From Camelus ferus (lineage: Eukaryota), in the NCBI RefSeq assembly GCF_009834535.1, contig NC_045698.1, positions 2,358,001 to 2,422,000 of the forward strand: DNA of 64,000 nt, written 5' to 3'. Numbering within the stretch: the first letter of the stretch is position 1; every line of letters starts with the position of its first letter. Position numbers and translations under genes: made by a program. The notes below the pieces were generated by a model. It was not told the DNA's origin. It searched no databases and worked only from the letters and a program-made list of their open reading frames with translations. This document shows, piece by piece, positions 13,461-25,339 of the stretch.

Positions 13461-15058
13461 GGACCCCACGCTGGGGGCTGCCGACCCTCCTGTGACCCCA
13501 GTGCTGAGCACACAGGCTCCTCTGATGTCGGGGTTAGCAGGGAAACCTGCCCGGGGCTCCACTCGAGGGGCAGAGTGGCCGCACAGGTCTGTGTGTCTGT
13601 TTAATAGTCATAACCCTTTTCTCCAGAACCACCTGGCTGCCTCTCATGTCTTCTCACATTATTAACAGAAACAACTCGCCTCTTTTCCTGGGGAAATTTA
13701 AGGATTAATAAGGAGAGTTGAGAGGTGTGATTGGGTCGTTGGCATCAAGCAGCCTTCGCCTGGGGAAACGGGACCTTCCACTGATGAGATGGATTTGAGT
13801 TTCCTGTAGACATGCCCAAGGCCGTTTCTGTCCGGCTTTCATGGTGAGTTATGTTCTCTGGGTCCAGGGAAGGGAAGAAGATGGCTCAGGAGGTTAAAAG
13901 GAGCGGAGGGGAAAATTGATTTTTCCATCCAAAGTGTCACTGTGCATTGATGGCGGACTGCGGTAAGATTCTGAAAGCTCAAGTTCTGTGTCCGCTGTGG
14001 TCAGCTGGAAATTGTGCAGCTTCTTTTTCCAGTGAAAAGATCAGGATTAATTAGCTGGCTAAACATGCTTTTATAGAATGGGATTCTCTGTAGCTACAAA
14101 TGGAAATTGTAGCAGCTCACCATGATGGCCTCCGCAGACGCCGAACGTAAATAAGACGGGACGCTGTGGCTGGAGAGCAGTTTGAGTGGAAAGTGGACAA
14201 CGGTCGGCCCAGTGGGCTGACCGGGGCCCGCTGCCCTCGGGACGACAGTGTGTGTCCCCCGGGGGACGACAGAGCTTTCCTCACACTTCCTGGTCCTCAG
14301 GGCTGGCGCTCGGATGAAGAGGTGGGTGGTCAGGCTTGGGTGACTCCGGATTCCCGTGCCGAGACTCAGGGTGGGACTTGGGGCTGCGTCTCGAGGCTGT
14401 GTTTCCACGGCAAAAACGTTGTTTTGTTTGCTTTCGTTTGGGAATTTGGGGGGAAGCTGATGGAGATCTGAGGGACTCCAGCTCCCCTCCCTCTGCTCCC
14501 TGCTGCTGCCCTGGGGACGGTGTCTCCAGACCCCCGAGGCTTTATTTGCACGCGTGGGCTGACTGGCAAGGAGACCGAGCACCTCCCGGGAGCACTGCCA
14601 TCTCCCTCCTGGGCCGCCTCCATGTCACAGCCGCGCACCTGGGTGAGTAGCCCGGATGTCGACCAGCCTCCTGCGTCTTTCCCCGGTTCTACTGAGATAG
14701 TGTCGGCATGACGCGCCTCCTCTGGGCTTTGAATGACCTGACCGCCAGGCCCTCCTGTCACCTCAGGTCTGCCCCTCTGGACCACGGCTGGGCTTGACAG
14801 CCACCTCCTCCATCACCCTCACTGGACGGCTCTGAGACAGTGTGGGACCACGGTTTGTCTGCAAGTAATGATGTCTTCCTCAGCATGCCAGACAACTCTT
14901 AAATTTATTTTCTCTGAAATGTGCCAAAAAGCAGCCCTGAGTTCTATTTCCAATAAAGTCTGTTTTCTGGAAGTAATTTCATCCTGAGTGGACGAACACA
15001 CTCACACAGATTCCCACCCCCCGGCTCCCCCAGGCTTTGTAACTTGCTCCCTTTTCTG

Positions 15059-15380
15059 CGGGGAGACGGAGGCCCGGACCCGGGCGAGAGGCGGCACCTG
15101 CGGGCGCACACTTATCGTGAGCACGTGGGCCCCGCAGGCGCCCGACGGGGACCCGCAGGGCGCGTGGCTGTGGGAGCCCCGGGAGGAGCTCACGGAAGGA
15201 GGCCGATTCATTCAGAGCCTTTTAGGGCCTGAAAGGCGTAAGGTTTCTGAAGAGCCCTGTAAGGTGTGTCAGGTGGAAGCAACCAAAAAACACGCTCAGT
15301 CCCAGCTGAAAACAGGCCCTGAGCTCGGTGGCTAACGAGACGCAACGCAGCCGGCCTGACGCCGACGTCGGAGGCGCGCG
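15059..15380. promoter_or_regulatory. CpG-dense patch
   Basis: About 34 CpG in ~320 bp by hand count; not in a recognisable repeat. Confidence 0.45.
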
Positions 15381-15989
15381 CCTCCTCTGGTTTGTTGTCT
15401 CATTTCTAAAAGTGGTCCAAGATGCCTGCAGTAAAGACATATCCCAAAAGGGTGACAAATAAGCTCAGGGACGTGGGAGGTAGAAGCCAACGCACCAGCA
15501 CCGAGGTTTACTGCAGGCACCGGGGAGTGGGCCCAAATCGGGAGGAAAAAAGGAGACAGGACATAGGACCCGCTCATTCAGCTAACCTTTAAACTCTGCT
15601 CCGTCCTGGGCTCAGGGCCCGCGACGTGGGTGGGGACACAGAAGGACTCATTTGTCTGCGGTTCATCCTCCAGTCTCCCCGTTTCCCCGAAGCAAATCTG
15701 ACTTGGCTTAACCACATGGACGACTTACGGTGGGGACTCTAGAATTGTATGCAGGAGATCAGGGATGGTGTAGTTTCCCTGAAATTTAGAACAGGTGAGC
15801 CTCACCGCCTTGGCCTCGGAAGACCCCCAGTGCTGCGTCCCTGAGCACGTGGCTGTGAGGGACGGGTGCTGGCGGTGCATCTCACTTTTCCGTGGAACGC
15901 ACACACAGATGTTGGAGAACGCTCTGTCTCTGCTTAGGACTTACAGCACGATTTGTGTAATTAAAGGAGTTTTAAAAGACCTGGTGGAA

Positions 15990-16170
15990 AGTGTGGACTC
16001 TGGGTGGTAATGACCAGCCCATGCAGACTCGTGGGTGACAGCCACTTCGCTCTGGTGGGTGTGGATTGTGGGGTGGGCGGGGCATGAGTGCGGCGGGGCG
16101 TGTGGGAAGGCTCGGCGCTGCCCCCCAAGTTTGCGGTGAACTCAAGTTGCTCTAAAACAGAAAGTCTACT
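15990..16170 (+). mobile_element. L1MC-type 3' terminal fragment
   Basis: gtggactctgggtggtaatga...tttgcggtgaactcaagttgctctaaaacagaaagtcta matches the L1MC 3' terminus pattern. Confidence 0.7.
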
Positions 16171-16464
16171 CGAATGCAAAAAGCAGCGACAGGGTTTCTC
16201 AACCCGAGATGCCCTGCACCGTGAGCTCGGGCCTGACGTCCAGCCCTCCCCAGACGGCCTGCCCTGCGTCTCCCCTACCCGGCCCTGCTCTCAGCCACCG
16301 GACCTCAGATCTTTCCCTCACGTGTCAAAATAAACGCAGCCCCTCAGTCACAGAGCACCCCCGCCCCCCGCTGCCCGCAGACTTCACAGGCGTCCACGCC
16401 TTTCGTCTCCACGAGAGAAAAGAAGGCTGTGATCTCCACGCAGCCACGCTCCCACTTACCTGAT

Positions 16465-16770
16465 CTGTAATGTAATTAATAGATGGCTGTGCAGAGACCA
16501 AGGTGCTTTCAAAGAGAAGGAGGCAGCTTCGTGTGAAACTTGCTGCTTTGAATCCGTCCAGGCCTCTATCAAAGCCCGTGTGATAACTTCATGTAAATCC
16601 TGGTGCTCCGAATCCGTGTCTTTTAACCTGTACGTACCACTTTGTAACACACTGCATTTCAAAGACACCGAAGGCTGGTCTAATTTGTATTACGGAATTA
16701 GGTTATACGCGGCAAGCAGCACGTCTTCCTGGTTTCTTAAAATTAAGATAGAAACTCGTTACAAAGACAT
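16465..16770. promoter_or_regulatory. Candidate enhancer: TCF/LEF (HMG-box) motif cluster with homeodomain TAAT sites
   Basis: CTTTGWW on either strand at 16508, 16546, 16568, 16640, 16658, 16760; gtaatgtaattaat at 16467-16480. Confidence 0.5.
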
Positions 16771-17325
16771 TCATAGAGGTCTCACAGAGCCATCTCGAAA
16801 GGGCTATGACGGGGGAAGCCACGTTCTCAAGTTGAAGTCTTCTGGTTTCCTGCAGGCAGAGCCCGCTGCTGAGACTTGAATTTAGAAACTGACGTGGCAG
16901 GACCCGGCGGCCCCACCGCGAGCGCCGACAGTCACAGCTCATCACCATCTGAGCCCCCGGCGTGTTTGCTCACGGGCTACCCTTTGTTTAATCTGAGCAC
17001 ATAAAACACTCACAGATTTTGTTTCATAAATATTACTGCTCCCCCCGTGGGTGCATCTCAGGAGCTGTCCTGATTATTCATTTGCTGCTGGCACTGCGTC
17101 TTGACACCCTTAAACGGGAGCCAGAGGGGCCCTTACCCTGACGCTTCTTCTAAGAGAGGAAGTCGAGACGAGGTTCGAGAGGGAGCTCCACAGCCCCGCA
17201 CAGCCTTCTATCCCCGTGCGGTTGATGGCCACGGCGGCCGAGTGGGAGGCCTGGACTCAGGTTTTCCTCTTCCTGACTTGCAGGTGGGTGGGGGCGAGGG
17301 GTCAGGAATACTCACTCGTGCTCCA

Positions 17326-17660
17326 TGTGTGAGGGTCCCCAGCAGCTGTGACAAAGCACCACAGCCTTGGTGACTTTCCAACATCAGACATTTGTGCTCT
17401 CAGTTCTGGAGCCAAAATCCAAAATCAATGTGTCATAGGATTGTTCTCCCCTCAAAGCCTCCAGGAGAGGGTCCCTCCTGCCTCTTCCAGCTCCTGGTAG
17501 CCCCGGGCGGCCCCGGGCTTGTGGCTACATCCCTCCAGCCTCTGCCTCTGTGTTCATGGCCTCCCCTGAGTGTCTGAGACTTGAACCTCCCTCTGACTCG
17601 CTCTTACAAGGGCGCCTGTCATTGGATTTAGGAATAACCTAAGTCCAGGATGATCTGCAT
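17326..17660 (-). mobile_element. MaLR solo LTR (MLT1C-like)
   Basis: gctgtgacaaagcaccaca...cagttctggag...cctgcctcttccagctcctggtag...cttgtggctacatccctccagcctctgcctc...cattggatttagg. Confidence 0.8.
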
Positions 17661-18139
17661 GGCACTAGGATTTATCCCCCACCCTAGTCTGCCAGCCACA
17701 GTTAATTAAGGTGAAAAATGGCAAAGAGTAACTCGAGTAAGGAAATGAGCAGAACACATGCAATTTGCCTAGAGCATTTGGGAATCTCCACCTGGCCTTC
17801 TGGTCCCCATTTTGGAGACAGTTCTCTGGGGGACATGGAGACGATGAGGAATTGGGCGCTCACAGTGTGAGTGGGGGAAGGGGTGGGGCGGATAGGAAGC
17901 CAGCCCTGGGACAAGGCAGTGGCAGGCCTCAGTGTGGCCGGCACTGAGACGGAGCGGTGCTAACCGTGTTTGCTGTGTGCTCACCTGTTCCAGAATCGCA
18001 CCTGCAGAGCAAAGCCGGGCTCTGTGCTCCCCGCCAAGGACAGTTACCTGGGCCACGGGGGCCTCTAAAAGCGCCCAAGAGGCAGGAGTCCTGCTCCCGG
18101 GATGTTTTCTGAGAACCACCAGTTTCCCTGTATTTTTTT

Positions 18140-18305
18140 AACCTTTTTTTTTTTAATTTGTATTTTTTGATTTATTTATTTCTTTGAGACAATTTAATTT
18201 TTGGCGGGGGAGGTAATCAGGTTTGTTTATTTATTTATTTAGGAGGTATTGGGGATTGTACCCAGAACCTCCTGCATGCTAAACACACTGAGCTATGCCC
18301 GCCCC
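18140..18305 (-). mobile_element. vic-1-type SINE, long form with tail
   Basis: Reverse complement reads gcatagctcagtg..tttagcatgcaggaggttctgggtacaatccccaatacctcc-(aaat)n-aaacctgattacctcccc; short deletion after the A box; TSD ttccctgtattttt (18124) / ttccctgcattttt (18308). Confidence 0.9.
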
Positions 18306-21300
18306 ACTTCCCTGCATTTTTAAGCAGACACATGGGCGCCCCGGCGGGGAAGGAGAGAGTGTCCTCCTGCTGGCTTTGCTGGCGGCTGGACTTGCGCTTG
18401 GCTGGGGTCGCACCTGCCTGCGTGGCCCACTCTCTTCAGGAGACAGCGGGGCTGGCAAGAGGGGCCGAGGACACTCCCGCTCCTGGGGGACCAAGGGTTT
18501 CCTTTTCTCCTAAGCCGAGGGCCACCCAGACCCCAGGACGTTGGCTCCCCAAGTCCCAGCCTCCCTCTCACACCCACGTTTTGCTGCTCTAACGAGAATC
18601 CCCTCGGACAGGCTGCACTGCTCCCATCCAGCGACACCCGCCACCTGCAGGGGATGCCACAGGCAGTCCGGCCGCTTTTGGAAATGCCGCAGCTGGTGGC
18701 CGACTCCCCGCTGCCCACCCTGGACCTGGGAGTGAGGGGTGCCCACTGGCTACACACCTAGAAATTCATTCTTTAACATCATAACATTCTGTCCTCAGAG
18801 ATAGTCTCCATTTCATAGATTAATGGTCCAACATGAAAAGAATGGTCGTTTTCCAGGTTGGCATACTTTACATAATGTTAGAATCTAGATTTTTAAAAAT
18901 CTCTCTATTCTCCTAGCAGGGGCCGTGCGCCTTCCAAAGTCCGTGCCCGTGTTCCTGAGGGCACCACCTCCTCTGAACACGGCCGGCTTGGCTGTGGCCC
19001 ACGGGACTCCGGAGGGGCCTCCCCTGCCACGTCCCTTTTCCGCAAAGGCCCGAGGATGCGGGATGCCCCCAAGCCGGGAGGGTTGGGAGGGGGTGTCCTG
19101 GTGGGCGCTGTTTCCACCGAGAGAGGTGAAGTCTTTCCAAGCTCTTAGCTCATCAGCGGGTGTTCAGCGAGCCCTCAGCCCAGAACATGCAGTTGGTAAC
19201 CTGCTGCATTCTGATAAAAGACCCTTTGTGTGAAAGATAAATGTAAGTGGAGATTATTCATTTTCAAGAAGCCTTTTTCACAGTCCGGTCTTAGCTGTTT
19301 GCAGGAGAGGTAGATGCCCTGTTTGACAGTGGAAACAGCGCAATGTCCACCTGCTGTGGTGAAGGCAGGGACCCTAGGCGGGCACTTTCCTTCCAGCCCC
19401 AAGGACACAGGCATGGCCCCCAGGGGTCCGATTGCTCCTCAGTCTCCCTGTTCAAAAAGACAAGGATCTGGGGGCCAGAGATGGGGCCTAACCTTTAGAA
19501 GGGGGTCGCTCCCTGCTCCCCTGTCCCGGCGTGAGGACCATCCACCTGCATCCATCACATCCATCATGCTGTGGCTGAGGGGGAGGGACCGTGCAGACTT
19601 GGGTGGGAGCCCCGCTGTCCCCTGTAACAGCCAGGCTTTGGGAGGGAGCTCAGCATCCCTGAGTGTCGGGCACGCCCGCCCACCTGAGCACCAGACGGGG
19701 GACCAGAGGACTGAGCAGCAGGGCCGCTCTCAGCACAGCCGCTGGGACACCGCAGGCGTCTGATGGATGTCGGCTCCCTGCTGCATTTCGCTGTCCTCGG
19801 GGTGGAGGAGGGGGTCCTAAGAGGCCCTCACAAGGACTCTTCCGTGTGCCAGCACATGGTCTGTGACTCAGCAAAATCCCGGCAGTCCTCTGGAGCCTTC
19901 CCCAAGGTTTGGACTTCTAAGGAGGGCGCCAGCCAATCGCTCAGCCTGGCTTCAGGAAGTTGTCCCTGCCTGTGATGGATCCTGTCTTCTCCCCTCGCAC
20001 CTGTCTTTCTGGGGGAACAGGGCCTTCAGGACCATTTGTCACTGTGAGCCATGCCTGCAGGGAGCCTGGGAAGTGAGGACTCAGCCTGGTTGGCCCCACC
20101 GAGGGGAGGTGAGCCCCGCGGCCCGGCCCTGGGCCGGTGGCTGTCAGCAGACACTTAGCTCTAATCGGAGCTTCTGTTCCGTTAGCCTCATTACTCAGCA
20201 GACGGAGGCCGCACACGGCAGCTCCTGCTCTGTCCCGGGAGCAGGAGGGGAGGCTGCCCCGGTAGGCGTAGACTGGGGCTCCCTAAGAATTGCCCTGGGC
20301 GGCTCAGAACTCAGAAGCCCACGGAAGCTCCCGATGGAACTTGGTGAGGAAGCAGAAGTGGAAGTGAGGGGAGTGGGGGCTAAGTTGGGGCTGCGGGCCG
20401 GGGCACCCCCTGGATTGCGCCAGTCTCTCCTTCATGTACCCGGAGCTGGGCTGGCCGGCGGGCACCTGTGGGCACCTCCCTTCCTGCTCCGGGCTCCAGG
20501 TGTGCTCGAGCTTCCGGTCTTTGGGGCATTTTTACCTTTCAGGAGCTGACGCTGCCCTGACTTGAGGACAACCTGATCTTGTGCCACTTGGAGCAGTAAC
20601 AGTCCCTCTGCCAGGAAGTCAGCGAGAACAGAAACAAACCTCCCCTATTCCGAAGGCCCGGCACAGACGCGGCTGCTTTGGTTGGGAGACAACCAAGCTC
20701 CAGTGCCAGGAAAGGCTGAGCGGTGCGCTCCCGCCCTGCCTGGGGGCAGCCTCACCGGCGGGGCTGGCCCTGCAGGCGGGGGTGCTGGACTGGGAGTGGG
20801 GAGAAGGGCAGGGACAGAGGCGATGCCTTCCACTTCTGTTGAATTAATTCTCACTTTGACAGCAATTTATAATGCATTTTTGGGACATTCAGGGACATTC
20901 AAACAGTTCCAACTAAACATGAAAGCCTTGCATTGCTGTTCTGGGGATGAAAACTGAAAAGCTTTGCTACTTTTGCACAAAGTCATTATATTTTTATGAC
21001 TTCAGTTAACATTTGGGGCATAAAATCCAGTCAATAACGGGTAAAAGCAGAGTCATTTGCTCAAAAATGTTTTATGAGCATCGTTTTTGGAATGGTTGAG
21101 CTTTCCACCAGCCTCCTCCCCTCCGCTGACATGGCAGCCTGTGTCCTTCACAGCTCTGCCTGCTCACGGCCTCCCCCTTCCTGACTGCGTGGGGGCGCGG
21201 CTGAACCGGCCCAGCTCGCGCCATGTCAGGAATGGCCCCCGCAGCCACCGTGTCTCGGAAGGACCGCAGTAGTATTCCAGGCTCAGCCTGCTCCGGTTAG

Positions 21301-23274
21301 TACTGACATCAAAGTGCAAATGTCACAGCCTCCCTGGAGACTCCGGGCCTGCAGACCCACCATGGTTTCATTCTTGAGTCAAGAATGGCAGGTTCCCTGC
21401 TCTTTGGTTCTTGTGGGTCCTCCCTTCCCCAGGAGGCCGTGAGAAACCCCACCCTCCTGCCCCCGTCTCAGTAATGACCGGGCATGCGGGGACATCCCCC
21501 AGAGGTGCTGGGGGACCTCCAGGACCAGGGGATGGCAGACGGTCAGGATGCCCCTAGATGTCAACTCCAGGGGCCAGCGCTCAGGGAGGGGTGTCCCAGG
21601 TGTCCCGTCCGGCCCATCGTGGACAAGAGGGAGCCGACTTCTTATAGCAACCCTGCTGGCCATGCAAGCCCATCTTAGAGGTGGGCAGCCTGAGGGAAAG
21701 AGCTAAGGGGCCTGCCCCAAGTCAAGCAGCCAGCAGGTGGCAGGGAAGTGTCCCCGCCAGGCTGATCCAGTGTTGAGCCGACTGCAGTCCCAGGGGCTGT
21801 CCGACCTATGTCAGCCCCACTTCAATCTCATCTGAGAAGGCAGCTGGGCTCCAAGGTCCCTCGGGAGAGGCTCCCAAGTAGGGTGCCCACTCCGCTCCCC
21901 CAAGGTGCGTCCGACTGCACCCCAGACCGGTCAGGATATCCAGGGTGGGTAGCACCCTGAACCGGGGGTGTAGGGGACAGGCTTCAAAGCAATGTGTGTC
22001 GTGCCCACGCTGTGACTTTAAACTCACTCCTCAAGCAGGCTTGGCAGTTCAAATTGTAACTGCGGTTCTTTTTAGAGAGAAAGTAAAGCCGACTGCCATC
22101 ATTTTGCTTCCTGCGTGGCCGTTTCCACACCAGGACCTGAGACGGCAACACAGTCCTGCATTTCGATGTTTGGAACGTCCTCGGAAAGGCAGTGTCACGC
22201 CGTCCACAGCTAATACTGCCATCCCCCTACGTTTCCTTCCGAGTTGTTTATTATCACCCCTGACAGATAGTTGCTGCTTCTTTCCTGCCATTTCATTTCG
22301 GAAAAGTCCACCCTGAAATGGCTCCGTTAGGGAGGACCTGGACCACTGGGAGCACTCGGTGATAGGTGCTCCAAGGAAGGCCCCGGAGTGACAAGCAAGT
22401 CAGCCTCTCCACCTGAGACTCTCAGCCCCTACTTCTTCGTCAGCGTCGGGCTTCCTGAGCGCTCTCCGACCCTGATTTTTCACTACTTTCACCTTAATTT
22501 GAGGTTTTCTGTAATGTATAGTCTTAGGGTGTTTCTCACCTAGAGTCGGCTTTTTCTTTTTTTTTTTTTAACCTTCACCAACAAAATCTTGTAGTTTTGG
22601 TCATTGATGATGACTAAGATGAAGTTTTGGGCAGAAAAAGTGGAAGATGGGGTGTGAAAACCAGTCCTTATGGAAACCACAGAAAAGGACACAGGTCTTT
22701 TCGACCAGGTGTGATGGGGAGCCGTCGAAGGGGAAGGCCGTTCGCGCACTTTCCGGTGGACCCAGGTCTAGGCTGGAGATGCCATCGATGAAAACCCCCT
22801 GCTTCCTGATAACGCAGCTCAGTTGCCCGTGTGTCACGTCAGGGTAAGTCGATGGCCCGCCGTTCTGTGCACATACATCAACAGTGCCTAAAACGCAGCT
22901 CCCAAGCGGACTTTGCACTGTGACAAAATATCCTGGTCAGTTTAGTCCATGTCACTGACTGCCTTGTACAGCGGGACAAACACAACGAAGGACTAAGTTA
23001 GAAGGAGGGTGTGGTTTTACCTGGGGAGCCAGATGGGGTTTGACATCCTTCTTATAAACTCAGAATCAGAGACGGGTAAGTCACGCCTACTGGTTCCGCA
23101 AGTTGCCATGTAGAAATGGTGACTCCTGTGTTGTCCTGCCCCCTAACCCAGGCGAGGGACTTGCTTAGGACACAGACGGTGACAATGGACAGTGATCAAA
23201 TCGTAAGCCCTTCTGAGGTGGCAGACGTCCACTTACCCTTTTGTCATCTCCTCCAAGCTTCACAGAGGTTGACA

Positions 23275-23430
23275 GAAGAATAACCCCTTTTACAGACGGG
23301 ATAACTGAGGCTCAGATCATTCACACATCTTACTCAAGGTCTAGGTCTTGCTAAGAACACGGCAGGCCTGGAAGGTGCACCCAGGTGTGCTGGAGTGAAA
23401 AGCGCATTTTTTCCATCACATTACACCTCT
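23275..23430 (-). mobile_element. MIR fragment
   Basis: cccttttacagacgggataactgaggctcaga = antisense MIR core. Confidence 0.7.
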
Positions 23431-24699
23431 GACGAGACGTGCATAACCCGCTGTGGAATATTGCCTCTAATTATAAAAAATGCAGGGGGCTTTGTATGTT
23501 GTGGGCCTGCGTCTCACTCTTCATTAAATCCCAGTGGGAACTCAGTGATAAGAGTGATCAGCAACCCGGTCACCCAACCAGTCACGACAGTGTCACCAAA
23601 TTCCAGAGTCGGGAGAAGGACACTAAAAGTGTTGAAAAGCTATTCAGCACGTGCCTTTGATGGCCTGCCTAACGGAGATGTCTGTGTTTGCACATTTTTC
23701 ATGGTCTTCATCTGAATCCAGATAGTAAACGCTATGTCAAGATTTAGAGCCCGGGAAATAAGTCCATTACCGCTCTCAGGAGGTGCCACTTACATGCTTC
23801 TAAACCACGTCTGCTGAGATGGAACGGCCTTCCCGGGACATTTGGCCGCATGACGGCGGCACAGTCGTTACGGAACGTGAAAGCGTGGGGCCGAAGCAAA
23901 GTCTGGAGCTGCCTGAGTTCTCTGGGCAGCGTGGCCGCCACACACAGGACCTGCCACAGCGCTGACCGTGCCCAGGGCTGCAGGACCATCCCCTTGGGTC
24001 CTGGGTACAGGCTGCTAATTCAGTTCACGACAGTAGCGTTTCTCTGAGACGAAGCCCCCGTGTCATGCCTGTTTGGTGAGTGTGGCGGGGTGACTCCCTG
24101 CCACCCCATGTCACCCCTTGCGGGGAACCCTGACAAAGAAATGAGAGCCTCCATCAAAGCCCCACCACATGCTGGGAAGAGGAGCCGTCCCCAGGCCCTG
24201 CTCCCGCTCCTTTGTCCCTGTCCCCCGCGGTCCCTCCTCGCTGGGCGGCCCTCCGCCCTGCTCCGCACCTGCGGTTGCATCAGCATCGGGCTTCCCATGG
24301 GCGGTGGGGTCAGAAAGTGCTCCCGGCTCCAAGGTAAAGGAAATGAATTCTTTTTTTTTTTTTATATAGTTATGATATCCATAAATCAGAGCTTTATTTA
24401 TTTTTTGGTGAATTCAGTGTAAGAATTCACTTTTTCAGAATCCCTTTTCCACTGAATTTTACTCTTTTGGCGATGAAAATGTGTCCAGGTCAAAAGTTAA
24501 AATCACATGCCAGGGAGTTCTTAAATCTCAGCCTCTTCCTTACGTCTCTCCGCCCACCCCACCTGTCTCCTGTGCGCCATCCGTTCCCACTGGTTTTAGG
24601 GTCTCTTTCTTGGCTTCTTTTGGCAAAAATAAGCAAATTTACAGAGACATTCATTTCTTTGGTATCCTCTTTTTTAAAAAAGTAACATTCTTCTTCCAA

Positions 24700-24902
24700 T
24701 TTTTTTTAATTTTATTTTTTAATTGAAGTTTAGTTGATTTAAAATGTTCGTTTCAGGTGTACAGCAAAGTGATTCAGTTATACAGATACATACATGCATA
24801 TGTATTTTTTCATACTCTCTTTCATCAGAGGCTGTTATAAGAAACTGAATATAGCTCCCTGTGCTCTACAGTGGGTCCTAGTTGTTTAGCTGCTTTATAT
24901 AC
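24700..24902 (-). mobile_element. Short L1 3' end
   Basis: T tract then aattgaagtttagttgattt...tttcaggtgtacagcaaagtgattcagtta...ccctgtgctctacagt; degenerate TSD agtaa..cttc..cca at 24681 and 24903. Confidence 0.85.
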
Positions 24903-25339
24903 AGTAATGCCTTCTCCACTTTTTTTTTTTTTTGGCAACTTACTTAAAAGTGCCCTTGAAGTCACTTCACGTCATCGCACAGAGGGCTTCCTGGCTCTCC
25001 TTCCCACTTGTGCGGACCCTGCTGTGCGGGCGCAGCAGCATTTGCTCACCTTTTCTCTTGTGGGGAGGGACCTGTGCTGTTTCACCTCAACCAGGACACC
25101 AAGGAGTGCCCTGTGGTGGGACGCAGGCCTGGCGGCCTCTGGGGCGCGCGGGACACTTCCCGGAAGTGACGTCTGCCAGAAGCCTAACCCGAGTCCAGTC
25201 ATGAGGGGACACAAAGGCAAGCCGGAGTGTGACACAGTCTTCCAGAAAGTCAAGACCAGGGAAGACGGAGCGACAACCAGGAGCGGAGCTGGGGAAGGAA
25301 GGAGATGAAGACAGACAGGGACAGGTCCTGGGAAGCATG

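Noticed and set aside
16460..16628. Minus-strand exon candidate with a perfect CAG|GTAAGT donor and open frame
   Set aside because: Acceptor lacks a polypyrimidine tract and the peptide is unrecognised; the motif-cluster explanation fits better
19863..20549. 228-aa ORF (and the similar 25636-26322 ORF)
   Set aside because: Non-ATG starts and Gly/Ala/Pro/Arg bias; the second begins inside an L1 3' end
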